Shown here piece after piece: positions 13,501 through 27,900 of a stretch of 64,000 nt of DNA. How positions within the stretch are numbered: position 1 is the stretch's first letter; each line of letters opens with the position of its first letter. Under the pieces are notes generated by a model. It was not told the origin of the DNA and did not search any database. It saw nothing but the letters and a program-made list of their open reading frames with translations. The translations under genes and the position numbers were made by a program. The stretch is from Octopus bimaculoides (lineage: Eukaryota): positions 3,140,197-3,204,196 of the forward strand of contig NC_068986.1 of assembly GCF_001194135.2 (NCBI RefSeq), written 5' to 3'.

Positions 13501-15216
13501 ATCATCAGCTAGTAGATCAGCATCCTAACAATTTGAGTGCTGACATGATTGGGTAATTAAGAAGGTTAGCAAATGTATTCCACTATAGCCTAAGAGTGAT
13601 CAAAGTCTTGTGAGAGAAATTTGATAGGCAGAAACTGTATGGAAGCCTGTTGGAGGAACTACTCCTATTGCTGGATGATTAATTTAAGCCATCACACTGT
13701 GTGAAACCAACACCTGGCACCTGCTTGCCATTAGTGGAATACATTCTGATACAACTATTTAGGGTATGTCTTCTGTTAGAAACTAACCCACCCACTCCCC
13801 CCCACCAGTCACAGATGCTCTGAATAAAGCCATGGATGCTGCCCTTCCTTCTCTGACTAAGCAATTAAAAATAGAAATTAAAACAGCAGAGACATTCAGC
13901 TAAGAAACTGCTGATCAAAGGAATACTTGACAAAAGTTCTAAGTTTCTTCTAAACTAAATTATGTAATTACAATAACTTAATTCAAACTAATTAACCAAA
14001 TTGAAAAAAAAAAAATAAATAAACTAGCAGTATTCATTACACAGGATTGGTCCAGCTACAAAGATATTTTAATAAATAAACATGAAACTTTTGATATTTT
14101 ATGGATACAGGAGAGATTTATGTTCTTACCATTCCCAAAAGGAATTTGCAATTTAAGTGAAATGAAGCAATACCATTTGACCAAGAACTTCCCATCAGCA
14201 CCTAAACAACTGCCACATTTATAAAGATAAGGATATTATTTATAAATGAAGCCCATCCTGAACAGACTTGAGTTATCTTGTAAAAGTTTATTGTCAGCTT
14301 AGGATGGCTGAAGGGTGGAACTGACAGTGTTGTTAGAATACCAGAAGAAATGCATTGGCAGTATTTATTCCAGTACTTTGAATTCTGAGTTCAAATTTCA
14401 CCAAGGACAACTTTGCTTTTCATTCTTCTGGGTTCAATAAAGTGCCAGTCTTGAGCAGTGGACTAGCAGAATCGTTAGAATGTGGCACAGAATCTCTAAC
14501 AGTATTTGTTCTGGCTCTTAGCATTCCAAGTTCAAATCCCACCATGACCTATGTAAGTGATAGACTTCATCTGTCACCTTGTCACCTTGGATGCTTTTAG
14601 TAGAGTTCACTCTGTTGCAAGTATTTAGGACAAATCTCTCTCTCTCTCTTCCTCCCATCAATCTCAAACGCTAAAGGGTCACAGGTACTGCTCTTCCCTC
14701 CTGACTAAAAAATAAAAAAAGAGACATGCATTTTGTGTCCCGTCACCAGAAATGCATTTTCTCAGTGGTAAATAAATGACCCAGTCCACCTAGCTGTAAA
14801 TAGGTGCCACAATGTAGAAACAACTCACCGTTTTCCTAAGCTTTTTGTTTCTTCTGGCTGAGTTAATAGACCCATGGCTTAAAATATTCCAGCTGTGACC
14901 ATCCCATCCTTTTTGAAATATAATGTATCTATCATTAAACTATTCAAAGTGTCCTTCCTTATTTTAAAATAGTGGAGGTGTAATTTGAGCAAGATTTTGG
15001 TTCTATGTCTAGCAGGTCAAGCAACTGTATAGAGGCTGTGTTTATTTGCATGTGAGTTTGGGGTTTTCTAGGATGGTGGACAGGCAGAATCATTAGAGCA
15101 TCAGATAGGCTGTTTGGCAATATTTATTTCAGATCTTTGTTTTCTGAGTTCAAATCCTACATTGGTGGCAGACTTAATAGTACCCATCTAGCACCAATTT
15201 CTAGTTGGACCAATTC

Positions 15217-15442
15217 TAACCCTTTAGCATTTAAACCAGCCATATCTAGCTCAAATGTTTTACCTGTTTTTTGTTCAAACTTGCCAGATCTGGCCTCTCA
15301 CACTTATGCTACAATGTCCTTTTAAAAGTAAACAATCACGCCATCAAAATCTTGAAGCTAAGAGATAATGCATGATTAATTCAAAACAATGTGAATAAGT
15401 AAGCATCACATTTGATAGAGTAATTTGAACACTGAAGGGTTG
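15217..15442 (+). mobile_element. piggyBac-type MITE, diverged copy
   Basis: Same family as 46704-46920 (TAACCCTTTAGCATT start, degenerate AAGGGTT end). Confidence 0.75.
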
Positions 15443-15522
15443 AAGAAATTTTACAGCTGAATGACCTTCCATAAAACTGTGATGTAGAGTCAGTGTTGAT
15501 ACTTGTAGTAACGAAGATGCAA

Positions 15523-15524
<2 letters not shown>

Positions 15525-15593
<69 letters not shown>
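15525..15593. repeat. (GA)n microsatellite
   Basis: Direct reading. Confidence 0.95.
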
Positions 15594-15596
<3 letters not shown>

Positions 15597-17349
15597 GGCA
15601 TAATAAAATCACGCTTGTAGTACTTAAATCTGAAATTATGATCATGCAACTTAGCAGTTTGGCTAAAGATACCATTATAATAAGTCCCTGACTTAAAAAA
15701 AAAAGCATGAGGTCCACTGATTTGACTAAATCCCTTCAAGATTTCAGTTACCAGATGCACTCCAATGACCAAAACAGGTAAAAGATAAAAGATGTGGTCA
15801 GTAGTCCATCATTTATGCTTCATATTCAATGTGGTAAATAATTAAAATGCACCCTATACAATCTGTAAACTGGCTAACAATCAAGTGGAGACAAGTGTCA
15901 AGAATATGGCAACCTCTGTGGAGCTGGTGCTGTGTTGAAATGCACCAAACACCAGTATGTAAAGAGATTGTTGTTAGGAAGGGTGTCCAGTCAAAAAAAC
16001 CATACCAGAAATGGAAAACACAAATGAGATGCGGTTCTCTGACAGTAACTTTGAATACGATCTGAACTGGATAGCAACAACCTGTTCACCTGACGCCAAC
16101 ATGGGAAACAGATGTTAAGTGATGATGATGAGAGTAATTAATGGTGACAATGACCATAATAATTGCAAGGATGAAGACATAACAATTAGATTCTATCAAG
16201 TCTGTAACATCAAAACGACATATTTCCAGTGAAATGGAAATATCAAGAGAGGTGAGATATAACTATCGGAGAAAGAACTGACTCCCGAATGGGAAAATTA
16301 TAAATACAAGACTACAGGTACAATGAGAAACATCATCAGGGATTTTAATAAATACTTATGCAATACTTTTACAATTTTATTTTCCATGCTCTTGCAGGCC
16401 ATATGGCTTTGCAAATTCAAATAAATTATTTTACATCAACAAATTTTAACAAAGTTTTTTTTTTTTCCTAAAACAAATTAATTCAACTATGAAGTAGTAT
16501 TTTGAACTTATTTTCAACTATTTAGAGCAAAAAATAAATCATGTGTTTTTGCCATAGGACATACAGTGATACAGGTCCTGTAAGCAAGCATGACCAAATA
16601 ATTAAAAAGTTTGCTAAGCAATCATGTAGTTCTGGATTTGATCCAAAAGTGTAACACCTCAAGTAAGTATCTTCTACTATAACTTCAAGTTGATCCAAAT
16701 CCTGTGTTTAAACTGGGATAACTAATAGAAACTGTGCAGAAGCCATCAGATGTTATTCAAAGGGTTAACCTAGCTACTTACAAGGTGATTTTGATTACGC
16801 ATGAGGATTGTATGAAGAGTAGGTAGAAGGGTCTGTGTTATATACAGCCAGTTGCACCAAGTTGATAGCTGCATAGATCAAGCTGGAATCTTCATTGCTG
16901 AAACCAACACGACATTCATATTCAGGTAGTGTTATTATCCAGCTCTATTTTAACTACCCTATCCTCAAAACTGCTGGCCTAGTACCTAAATTAGAAACAA
17001 TTATATCTTTATTTTCATCTTTAAATATAGCATGTTAGAGAGTACAGACAAATCAATAAAGTATGAAACAATGAGCTGAGATGTTATTGGTGTTTACCTA
17101 TGGCTAAGACATTTTTGTTGTGGCTGTTTAGCTCAAATCCAGTAGACCTGTGATTAGAAACAACGTAGCTGTGACCATCCTGTCCTTTACTCAGACATAG
17201 TGTATTGAGTACTACATTTTCCATTTAAGATGGCAAATTGTGATGAAAAAGATTAGGCTGCTATTTTCCTTGGTTAGCTCAACACTAAACTCCTAATGGT
17301 CAAGTTAACTGAGCTTTACGTAGGTCTTTTAGTATCTAAGTAGAGCTAC

Positions 17350-17790
17350 ACTAAAAATTGCCACATATCCCTCAAGACAAAATTAACTGAGTTAGGTAAG
17401 CTATTAAAGGAAGGATAAAGTGGGGAGGATTGACATGTTAAAATGGTTACTGCAGACTGGTGGAAAGGGGCACAATATGGAGGATAAAAAGGGGAGAGAC
17501 AAATGAGTAACAACTGCATAAGTTGAGGTGGCATGCAACCAGCCAGCACCAAAGAGCAGATGCATGTGTAGTAGCAGCAAAAAAGACAGAGGAAGAAGAT
17601 AGACCTGTGAGAGAGAGCAGTGAATGTTTATTGGTTGATTTCATGCTAATCAGTCAAGTAGCCTTTCTTTAGATGCAGTCTAGGATGTCTGTGTGGCAGT
17701 ACCACCATCCCATATGTAGAAGCAGTAAGTACCCCACTGTCAGCTGCTCCTGAATTTATCCAGAGTTAATAATACTTGCAGCCTCAATAG
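17350..17790 (-). mobile_element. Decayed CR1/L2-clade LINE 3' region
   Basis: Minus-strand pieces LAGCMPP...FNSLP match the C-terminal CSSELAGCMPP...LWNSLP motif of this clade; multiple frameshifts. Confidence 0.6.
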
Positions 17791-18165
17791 AGATATATAT
17801 ATAAACCCAACTAAAATATGTATAAAAATGGTTAAAAATCCCAGTAGTGGATATGTAATACATAAAATAGCTACAGTGAAAATATACTTTTATATTTGGC
17901 AAATGTAGAACTAAGATTTATATATGTTAAAAATTTAAGTACAAAGATGGTAATTCCAAAGAGGAATCTGTAAAACCTTTCTCAGAGATAATTTCCATGG
18001 TTCAAAGTATTAAAAAGATAATAGTGTTAAAGTCTGCCATGGTTGCCCAAACTTATTTCGGTCTTAAATACAAACAGAAAATAGATGGTTGTGTGGTAAG
18101 AAGTTTGCATCGTAACCACATGGTTCTGGGTTCAGCAACACTGCATGGCACTTTTGGTAAATGTT

Positions 18166-18690
18166 TTATATTACAGAATGACTGACAAGATTGCAATCAT
18201 CAGTGTATAAAAGTTCCCTAATGAGTGAAGTAAACACCTTTGTTTTGAAATTCAGTCTGGTCGGATTAAAAACATTCCCTGGTGTTCCAGATTTTATGTA
18301 AATACCCTCCTCAGACTTTTTAAAAGCATGTGACAACACAACAGCAAAGTATATTGCAAAGAGGGTGGGTGCATCAAGGTCTCCCTGCTTTACTCCATTT
18401 TCCACGGCAAAAGATTCAGAGAGCCTCCCACCTGCAAAACTTTGATCATGTTTACAAATTTTTCTGGACAACCTATTTTCCTTAGAATTAACCTCAGAGC
18501 ATTTCGATTAACAGGATTGAATGCTTTGCTCAAATCAACAAAGCAATGGTATAGAGCAAGATTCTGTTCAATGCACTTTTCTTGTAATTGTCTGATAGGT
18601 CCAGCTGTGCCCCTGGACGAATGAAAACCACACTGAGACTCAGACACTATATTTGGAACTATGAAAGTATTTAAATGTTCTAACAAAATA
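18166..18690 (-). mobile_element. RTE (BovB-like) LINE reverse-transcriptase fragment
   Basis: ESQCGF...QEKCIEQN...FVDLSKAFNPVNR...GCPEKFV; GVKQG..APTLFAIYF...RELLYTDD, across frameshifts. Confidence 0.9.
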
Positions 18691-19068
18691 CATACATACT
18701 TATACACACACGGCTTGACATCCTATGAAAGTTGTAAACGAGTGTCACTGTCATACAAGCAGTGTCATTTATTTCCAATATATTATATGAAAACATGTTT
18801 GGGCATGGGGAAAGATTACCTCGCTTGGAATGAGATGAGGGATGGTGACAGGAAGGGCATCCAACAATAGAAAATCAGTCTCGTAAATACCGAGAATCAC
18901 TAAATATGTCTAATTAGAAAAAATTAGTTGAAATGAATAAAGAAACTTATATTCAGCAAGATCAAAGATACGGCAAGAAAAGACAAAAATAGAAATAAAG
19001 CAATACAGGATAAACCTGACAAAATCTCTTCACCTCCACCCTTCCTGCATAACATATACTAACATACA

Positions 19069-19240
19069 AGCACCCACTACACTCTCAGAGTGGTTGGCGT
19101 TAGGAAGGGCATCCAGCTGTAGAAACTCTGCCAAATCAGATTGGAGCCTGGTGTAGCCACCTGGTTCACCAGTCATCAGTCAAATTGTCCAACCCATGCT
19201 AGCATGGAAAGCGGACGTTAAACGATGATGATGATGATGA
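19069..19240 (+). mobile_element. Family A RTE-tail copy
   Basis: High identity to 1-228; (GAT)n tail. Confidence 0.9.
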
Positions 19241-19898
19241 AGTCAACAAAGCAGACATGTCTTAACTTGAAGGTATTTTATGTGAAAGCATTCAAAATAT
19301 CAACATTTTTAAAGATACAGTTAAAAAAAACTCTGAATTCACAAAGAGATTGTAATATTATTTAGACAAAAAATATATTTACAATGACAACAAACACAAT
19401 AAGGAAATTGAATAATAGGTCAACTGCTGCTCAAAATCGTACATCGTTTTGTCATCACACTGAATAGAATCTAGATAACAAAAATAACATAAAATAAAAT
19501 AACAGCTAAGCTAGTAACCTTATTAGAACAGCACCATGTTTACAGAAGGGATTATTATGTAAAGAATGAGCAATTATTGATTATCAAAGTAGTAAATGAC
19601 ATCTATTTATCTATGTTTGCAGAAAACCCAACAACAAAAATATCTGAGAATTATAACTACAAATTAAAACTAGTTGTTATTCCTTAGATGCAAAAAAAAA
19701 AAAACTCCACTGGAATCAACTTTTAACTTACAAATCTACACATCCCAAATGAAAATAATACCAACATTAGTAATACACGCAACAATGAAAAACAATATCA
19801 TTTCTACCTAATAGTGAGCAAGAGGTAAATCCACAGCTTGGTTTCAACCCCTAGCTCCAACACTATTAAATCTTCCATTACTATTATTATTGTTGTTG

Positions 19899-19934
<36 letters not shown>

Positions 19935-19935
<1 letters not shown>

Positions 19936-20110
19936 ACCCACTACACTCTCTGAGTGGTTGGCGTTAGGAAGGGCATCCATCTGTAGAAACTCTGCCAAAT
20001 CAGATTGGAGGCTGGTGTTGCCATCCGGTTTCACCAGTCCTCAGTCAAATCGTCCAACCCATGCTAGCATGGAAAGCGGACATTAAACGATGATGATGAT
20101 GATGATGATG
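19935..20110 (+). mobile_element. Family A RTE-tail copy next to an (ATT)n tract
   Basis: High identity to other copies; (GAT)n tail. Confidence 0.9.
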
Positions 20111-20918
20111 ATTATTATCATTATTATTCAAGGTGGCAAGCTGACAGAATCCTTAACAAGCTGGTATGCACTACTGTGCCCAGAACAGTATTCCAGTCAA
20201 CAATTTAATATAGAAATTTAATATAGTTTTATCGCGTATCTTCTCTTTTACTGGTTTCATTCATTGGACTGCAGCCATGCTAGGACACCATCTTGAAGGA
20301 TTTTTGAAGGGTTTTAGTTTGAACAAATGAAACCTCACATTTATGTTTTTGTCCTAAGACTGATACTTATTTTAGTGGTCTCTTTTGCTACATTACTAAG
20401 CTACAGGGATGTAAACAAACCAACAGAGATTGCTAAATGGTGGTGGGGATGGAACAAACATCATCATCATCGCATGAGTAGGACGGTTAACAGGAGCCGG
20501 CCAGATAGAAAAACTACCCTAGGCTACTGTATCTGTTTTGGTAGGGATTTTACAGCCAGACACCCTTCCTAACACCATATATATATATATGTGTGTGTAC
20601 ATGTATATATATTCTTTGTATTATTACATTATTGAAAGCACACGTCCTTTTTTGCAAGTAAGTCTACTATTATTCTGACGTGACTATCTTTCTATCTATC
20701 TATCTGTCTATGTATCTATCTATCTATCTTTCTATCTATCTTTCTATCTATTTATCTATCTGTCTTCCTCCATCTTTCTATCTATACCTCTGTCCTGGCC
20801 TCTACTTCACTGCTATACCCTTCTGTCCCTTCCTCCTTGTTCCACTTCCTCCCTCCACCATCCTCTCTATCTATTTATCTATCTGTCTTCCTCTATCTTC
20901 CTATCTACCCCTCTGTCC

Positions 20919-21485
20919 NNNNNNNNNNNNNNNNNNNNNNNNNNNNNNNNNNNNNNNNNNNNNNNNNNNNNNNNNNNNNNNNNNNNNNNNNNNNNNNNNN
21001 NNNNNNNNNNNNNNNNNNNNNNNNNNNNNNNNNNNNNNNNNNNNNNNNNNNNNNNNNNNNNNNNNNNNNNNNNNNNNNNNNNNNNNNNNNNNNNNNNNNN
21101 NNNNNNNNNNNNNNNNNNNNNNNNNNNNNNNNNNNNNNNNNNNNNNNNNNNNNNNNNNNNNNNNNNNNNNNNNNNNNNNNNNNNNNNNNNNNNNNNNNNN
21201 NNNNNNNNNNNNNNNNNNNNNNNNNNNNNNNNNNNNNNNNNNNNNNNNNNNNNNNNNNNNNNNNNNNNNNNNNNNNNNNNNNNNNNNNNNNNNNNNNNNN
21301 NNNNNNNNNNNNNNNNNNNNNNNNNNNNNNNNNNNNNNNNNNNNNNNNNNNNNNNNNNNNNNNNNNNNNNNNNNNNNNNNNNNNNNNNNNNNNNNNNNNN
21401 NNNNNNNNNNNNNNNNNNNNNNNNNNNNNNNNNNNNNNNNNNNNNNNNNNNNNNNNNNNNNNNNNNNNNNNNNNNNNNNNNNNNN
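20919..21485. other. Assembly gap (other gaps: 31072-31081, 38538-38637, 43949-44025, 53310-53628, 59766-60671, 61848-62454)
   Basis: Runs of N, often flanked by (TA)n. Confidence 1.
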
Positions 21486-21524
<39 letters not shown>

Positions 21525-23833
21525 GGATCAAAACAGTTTAATTCAAATTCTCTATTACTTAAAGTTTCAAAGCTCATGTAGTTTATCATCAAGCAGAGGA
21601 AATGCGTTGAGTGCCCTTCTTTCATTTGTCCACCTACTCGTATGTAAAATATTATTTGGGATGCTCAGCTGTACAACTTGAGGAAATTGAAAACATCTAT
21701 GTCAGTCACGTAAACTGGCCTCAGTACTTGACTGGCACTTTATTTATCAATACTCTAAGGATGAAAGACAAAGCTGACCTTGCTGGGATTTGAACTCAAA
21801 ATATATAGGACCAAGACAAATAACACATGGCATTTTGTCTGATGCTTTACTAACTTTGCCAATCCACTTCTGGAACAGACCATTAAAACATGTTCAGATA
21901 TTTCTACAACAATTAGGACTGGTTTGAGATAAGAAGAATGTTTGTAAGACTTCTTGCTTAAATAATTCACTGGCATAATTCCATATCTCTGAAACTATTT
22001 CAATCCTTGATTGTAATAAAAATTGGACACACGAGTTAAATTACTATAAAATGATAGATTAAATGGGTCACCATCACCAGAAACAACCTGAGACATGTTT
22101 TACTTTGTTGGAATGGTTTTGACGGGTCACCAAAACCCACGTCTTCAATTGATTAGTTCACACTAACATTTCAGCATTCAGGTCACTCTGTCAATGTTTG
22201 TTTATTCACATTGTTTTGAATTAATCATGGATTACCTCATATCTTTAAGATTTGAATGATATGACTGTTTATGTTTAGAATGACATTGTAAAATAGGTAT
22301 GAGAGGCCAGATATGGCTGGTCTGAACATAAAACAAGTGGAATATTTGGGATGGATATGGCTGGTTTAAATGCTTAATTGTCAAAACTAAAATCATCACC
22401 ACAAGCATCATCATCATCAACATGTAACATCTATTTTCCATGCTGGCATGGGTCGGACAGCTTGGCAGGAACTGGCAAGATCAGGGGCCACATCAGGTTC
22501 CATTGTCTGTTTTGGCTTGTTTTTAAAGCTGGAAGCGTTCCTAACACCAAGCACTTTACAGAGTGTACTGGGTACTTTTTATGTGGTACCATCATCAGAG
22601 CTTTTATCCTAAGATTTAAATTAACTTCATTTGTAATCTTAAACAAACATATCATAATATAATGATTTCTTTTCAGTTAATATTTAAAAAAAATGACAGA
22701 ACACAAGCTATATCATAGTTTAAACTAAATTCATTATATCACCTGTATTTTTATCAACCAGGCTCATCTAATTTGACTCACATCCCAACCATTATCATCT
22801 CACCTTACTTTTCAGTCTTATATCTATGACCAGGTTATTCAGCATTTATTTTCTGGTTTGAAAAAAAGTTTTTGAATGATAAGGTATTTTGAACAGAGTT
22901 TGGAGTTAGATGGAAATTTCAACAGGCCTCTCCTCCGCTCAATAAGAGCTAACCTGGAACTAAACGACCAAGATCACATGAAAGCTGACTTCAATTGTAT
23001 TCAAAGGTGAAAACTAGAAACAATAACCTATCCAGAGCAACTTGTTACTGCTTTCTAACCAACTCATACACAAAATAATAATGTCAAACACAGAAAATAA
23101 CGTAAGCTTGAGCTGTGGTATGTGCATAGCCATATTTATAATACTATATAGAGGAGGTGAGTGGGTGGCTTGACAAACAAACAAACAAACAAACAAACAC
23201 TGACTCAATTTACAGAGGTTCTTGTGATCCATTTTAATATAGAAAAACAAATGGAAAAGTGTGCAGTATGTGTTAGATATGTAATAAATAATATGACATT
23301 TATAGCAGTATATAGCCATGTCTATAGAAGTGGAACAGGATATAAATACAAAATGCAGAAATAACTCAGGGAAACAATTCTAAAAAAGCAAGATGGAGAT
23401 ATGGTTGTGTGGATAAGAAGCACATTTTCTAACTATGTGGCTTTGGGTTCAGTCCTAATGCCTGGCACCTAGGGCATGTGGTTTGTACTACAGCCCCAGA
23501 CTGACACTGGTTGTAAAGAATGGCCTTGCAAGCAAATGGTATCATTTGCTTGCAGTCTACCAGAAAAGCATGTTTAGGTTTCTCGACATGTTGCACAGCT
23601 TTTGTAAACAAAAGGCTCATTAAATCAGTGTCATCTGTTTCCAGTTCTCCACTCAATCTTGTCCCGGCTGTTTTTTTGTTTGTTTGATAAACTGGAAGAT
23701 TAGTATCTCACTTGGAAACAAGTAGGGTTTGATGTCGAGAAGAGAAGAGGGCATCTGCTTATAGAAAATCTGTCCCTACTTACTCTCATCTGACACATGC
23801 AAGCATGGGAAAAATAGATGTTATGACGACGAC

Positions 23834-23866
<33 letters not shown>

Positions 23867-24591
23867 AAGCTGAACAGATGTGTTTAATCATAACTGCAGC
23901 ATATTTGCAGGTATGATCAATGTTTGTTAAAACATCGTATATTAAGATTCAGATAGATTCAAAATACTGGAGTTAGATGGACAGTGAAATGGTAGTCATT
24001 TGAGTGTTGGACAAAACATTTCAGAATGTTCATTATGACCCTCTGCATTCTGAGTTCAAATCCCATCAAGGTTAGCTTTGTCTTTCATCCTTTTAAGGGT
24101 GAATAAAAAAGTACCAATCTGGAGTGGTGCACTGGCAGATAGAGAGTAGGGTAAAATGCTTTGCAGTATCTTTTCAGGCTGTATAAATTGGGAGTTCAAA
24201 TTGTACTCCATCACTAAATGGTGACATTCCTGTTAAAAGTTGCAACTAACAGATAGTATTAGCAATCTGAAAAACCAATGGAAACAGTTTCCAAGGGTTG
24301 ATAGGAAGATAAACATCCATCACATATATATAGGCGCAGGCATGGCTGTGTGCAAATAAGTTTGCTTCTTAAGCACATGGTTCTGGGTTCAGTCTCACTG
24401 CATGGCACCTTGGGCAAGCATCTTCTAATGCAGTCTCAGGCCAACCAAAACCTTGAGCGGATTTGGTAGATGGAAACTGAAAGAATCCCATCATATATAA
24501 AAATCAACTACATATGTGGAAAATCGGTGTGTGTTTGTTTGTGGCATTTTTAGCTAACTCCTCCTACATCGTTTTATTGATTTTATGAAAC

Positions 24592-24992
24592 TTGACACAC
24601 AAGTAGAATGCATGTCTGGAAACCTTGTGACATACTTAGATTGTTGAAAAAATCGATAATACAGCCCCTGGAAGGGACCTTTATATCTACCTCATATAAC
24701 TAATTTTTTTTTTAAACACCCAAGGGAAATAACTCATAGCACTTGCACAATATTTTTTTAAACACTCAAGGAAAATAACCCATTTCATTGTTTTTGTTCG
24801 ATTACTTTGAATATTGATTTTTTGTGTGTCCAATTTCTAAGTTTTGCAGACAATATCACTTTTATACTTTATTTGACACTTGAGTAGAACTCATGTCTGG
24901 AAACCTCGTGACATACTTAGATTGTTGAAAAATTTTGATAATAGGGCCCCTCCAATGGATCCTTCTATCTACTACATATTACTAATATTTTA
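24592..24992. repeat. Imperfect direct repeat, about 120 bp, period about 281 bp
   Basis: CATGTCTGGAAACCT(T/C)GTGACATACTTAGATTGTTGAAAAA present twice. Confidence 0.85.
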
Positions 24993-27900
24993 CACAATGG
25001 CCAGTAATGTTTTCATGGAAGTTTGCAAACAAGCACTGCTAGTATGATTGTGACATTTGTTTACAACTGGAGCATGATGTGAAGCTAAGATGTACATGCA
25101 CACACACACACACACACACATGATAGGCTTCCTACATTTACCACTCACAAGGCTTTGGTCAGTTCAGGCTACAGAAGAAGTCACTCATCCAAAATGCTGT
25201 GCAGTGGGAATGAACCCTGAAACAATGTTGTCAAGTGAGATTCTTAACCACACAACCAAGCCTGTGCCAAAACAGAATATGGAATTGAGCTTTGCATCTT
25301 GTCTTTCATCTTTGATACAGTAATCAGCAACATTACATCATGGCAAATGCAAAAGATAAAACATTGTTAATATGATTTATAGCCAGATATTTCAAAATAC
25401 GAACAACAGCAACACTGTTCCTTAGCAACAATATCAGCATAATCCTTCAATGTAGGACCAACATTAGATTCATCTTGAGCACTTGCTCTTCTCCTCCTTC
25501 ACCCCACCCTCTCTCTGCTGTCAATTGTTGGTTATTCATAGTTATTCAACCACAACCATCCAGACATCCCTTTGAAGGTATAAGTATGCATAATCACAAA
25601 AGGCTGATTGCAACGGGGGTTTTTTCTATTAACTTTGCTAGCTTTTGTAAGTTACTAACAGCACTCCATCAGGGAGCTGTAACTGTTTCTCAGTTGCAAT
25701 AACAGGTCAAGAAAAGGTGTGAGTTGTGGTCCCTGCTTATCACATACATACATAAATACTAGACACAACAAAAGGTAGAAATTCAAGAAGTCCTATTCCA
25801 ATACCTTTGACTATCTCATCAGATACAGACTTGACACATTTCACTACTTTAGCCTTACTACTAAACTTTTAACTTGTAGTAAATCTTAATTTTGAAGGTA
25901 GATATCACAATGTCACCTATCTACCATCCTTCTCCAACACTTTCTCCTCTCCAGTACTTTTTTTAGCTATGGTTTACCATGGCTAAAAACCACTGGAATG
26001 CTATCAGAGGATCAGTTGATCACATGTTTCCATCCACTTGTTCACTGTGCAACCAAAGAAACATACACTCCAGTCCCATCTGCTGTCATTAGAAGTGGTC
26101 TGTACTTTTCTGTCCAGTTTATTCTGTCCAATGAAGCAACCAAACTGGAGAAACTCCACAGTAACAGTCAACTGGATCAGCTGCAATCTATCAATATACT
26201 CTACTATGATACCAAACACTTTTCTCCTATTTATTAATATGAATAAATATAAGTGGTGTTAAAACATAAACACCAATGATATATATGCCAATGTACATGT
26301 GTGTATAACGGCAAACACCACAGCTGAATGTGACTATATGTGATCTTAAAGTATACTTTACATAACAAATGATATTATTTGTGAAGTATACAGGGTGAAC
26401 AAATATCTTCCACACTCTGATTAAGAAAACCACTCATTGCTTGATGCAGCCATTTTCTCTAATCCAATGCCCATAATGGTGACTTCCCATCCTATACCTC
26501 TTTGCAAACCACATACATCCAAAATATCAATACTACTATTATGGTTTTCTAAGACTAGTGTTAATCCTTCTTAAAATGGTTTCAATAAATGCAGTCTCAC
26601 TGGATTTGCTTTGATTCAAGTTATTTTTCCATATAAAAGATATTTGACTGTGATCTCTACACATAATGTGACCCAACCATTACCAAAACATGTTTTGGTG
26701 GTGTTGTTTTTTTTTTTATAGTATGGATGATTCATTAGAAGTGACACAACTATTCTTACTATATTTAATGACAGCTATATCTGGAATAAAGTTTATTCAT
26801 GTGATATCCATCTGTGCCATTTCTAGTAAAAACACTCAAATGTTTCCATGTGTCTCTTCTAGGTCACAGCCAGACAGACAGTAAATAAACATGCATCATA
26901 TTATTGCAACTTTTCTCTCTTTTCATAACAACCAAAATGGAGACTACCTCTGGTTCGAGGATTAAAAAAGAAAATTTTTTAATCCCGGTTTTAAAATGTT
27001 TATATTGAAAATAAAACCTTCCCATCACTGCTTTATGTAATAAATCATTTATTATGTTCCAAACAACAGCTTATTGAACAAAGTGTGAATTATTTTACAA
27101 AATCCATTCCACTTTTGATTATTTTTAAGAATTAATTTAAACGTATACTCTGTATATATTCACAAGGAATATGGTCTCAAAGGTTACACCAGTTTCGATC
27201 ACTTTCCTGTAATCAAAATCATTTCTATATATATTAGTGAGTTGGCTTTTTCCCAAATCATAGGTGGATATCTCCATTAATAACATTTCTCTTGGGCAAA
27301 GAACACATTTCTCAACAACACATGAGCTTTTAATGGAACAGAAAAATGGTGAGAAGGCTGCTCATTCAACCAACAAGCACTGGTGTCTCAAAAAGTAGAT
27401 TTTTTAATTATTATTTTATTTTAATGTCAACACCAGTAACATCACATACAGAAGAATCAGAGCATAAACATCCATTTCTATAGAGGGTTATAAAAGTTCT
27501 AATCATTTGCAGATATATATACATGCAGGGTCATCATCAAGCATAGCACATAATGGTGCTTGCTTCAGTCTACCTGGCTGACTTTTAATTCAAGACTGAA
27601 TAGTTAGTGTTGGGGAAAACATTTAATTATGACTTCTCAAACATTATAAAAATGTTTTGGGCCCTAAAATAATAAATCATGCACACACACACATCTATCA
27701 TGATCGTTTTAATGTCTACTTTCCATGCTTGCATGCGTGAGACAGAATTCACTGAGACAGAGTATCTACAGCAGGATGCCCTTCTTGTTGCCAAAGCAAA
27801 ATAACAATTGCCCATGGTTAGACATATACTTCTAGAAGACTGGAAATGAAGGAACCTGACTGTACGAAGGTGATGCTCATTTACAACTATTGCAGGATTT

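Noticed and set aside
20680-21681. Long ORFs spanning 20.7-21.7, 53.0-53.7, 59.7-60.8 and 61.8-62.6 kb
   Set aside because: They are open only because they run through N gaps and (TA)n tracts.
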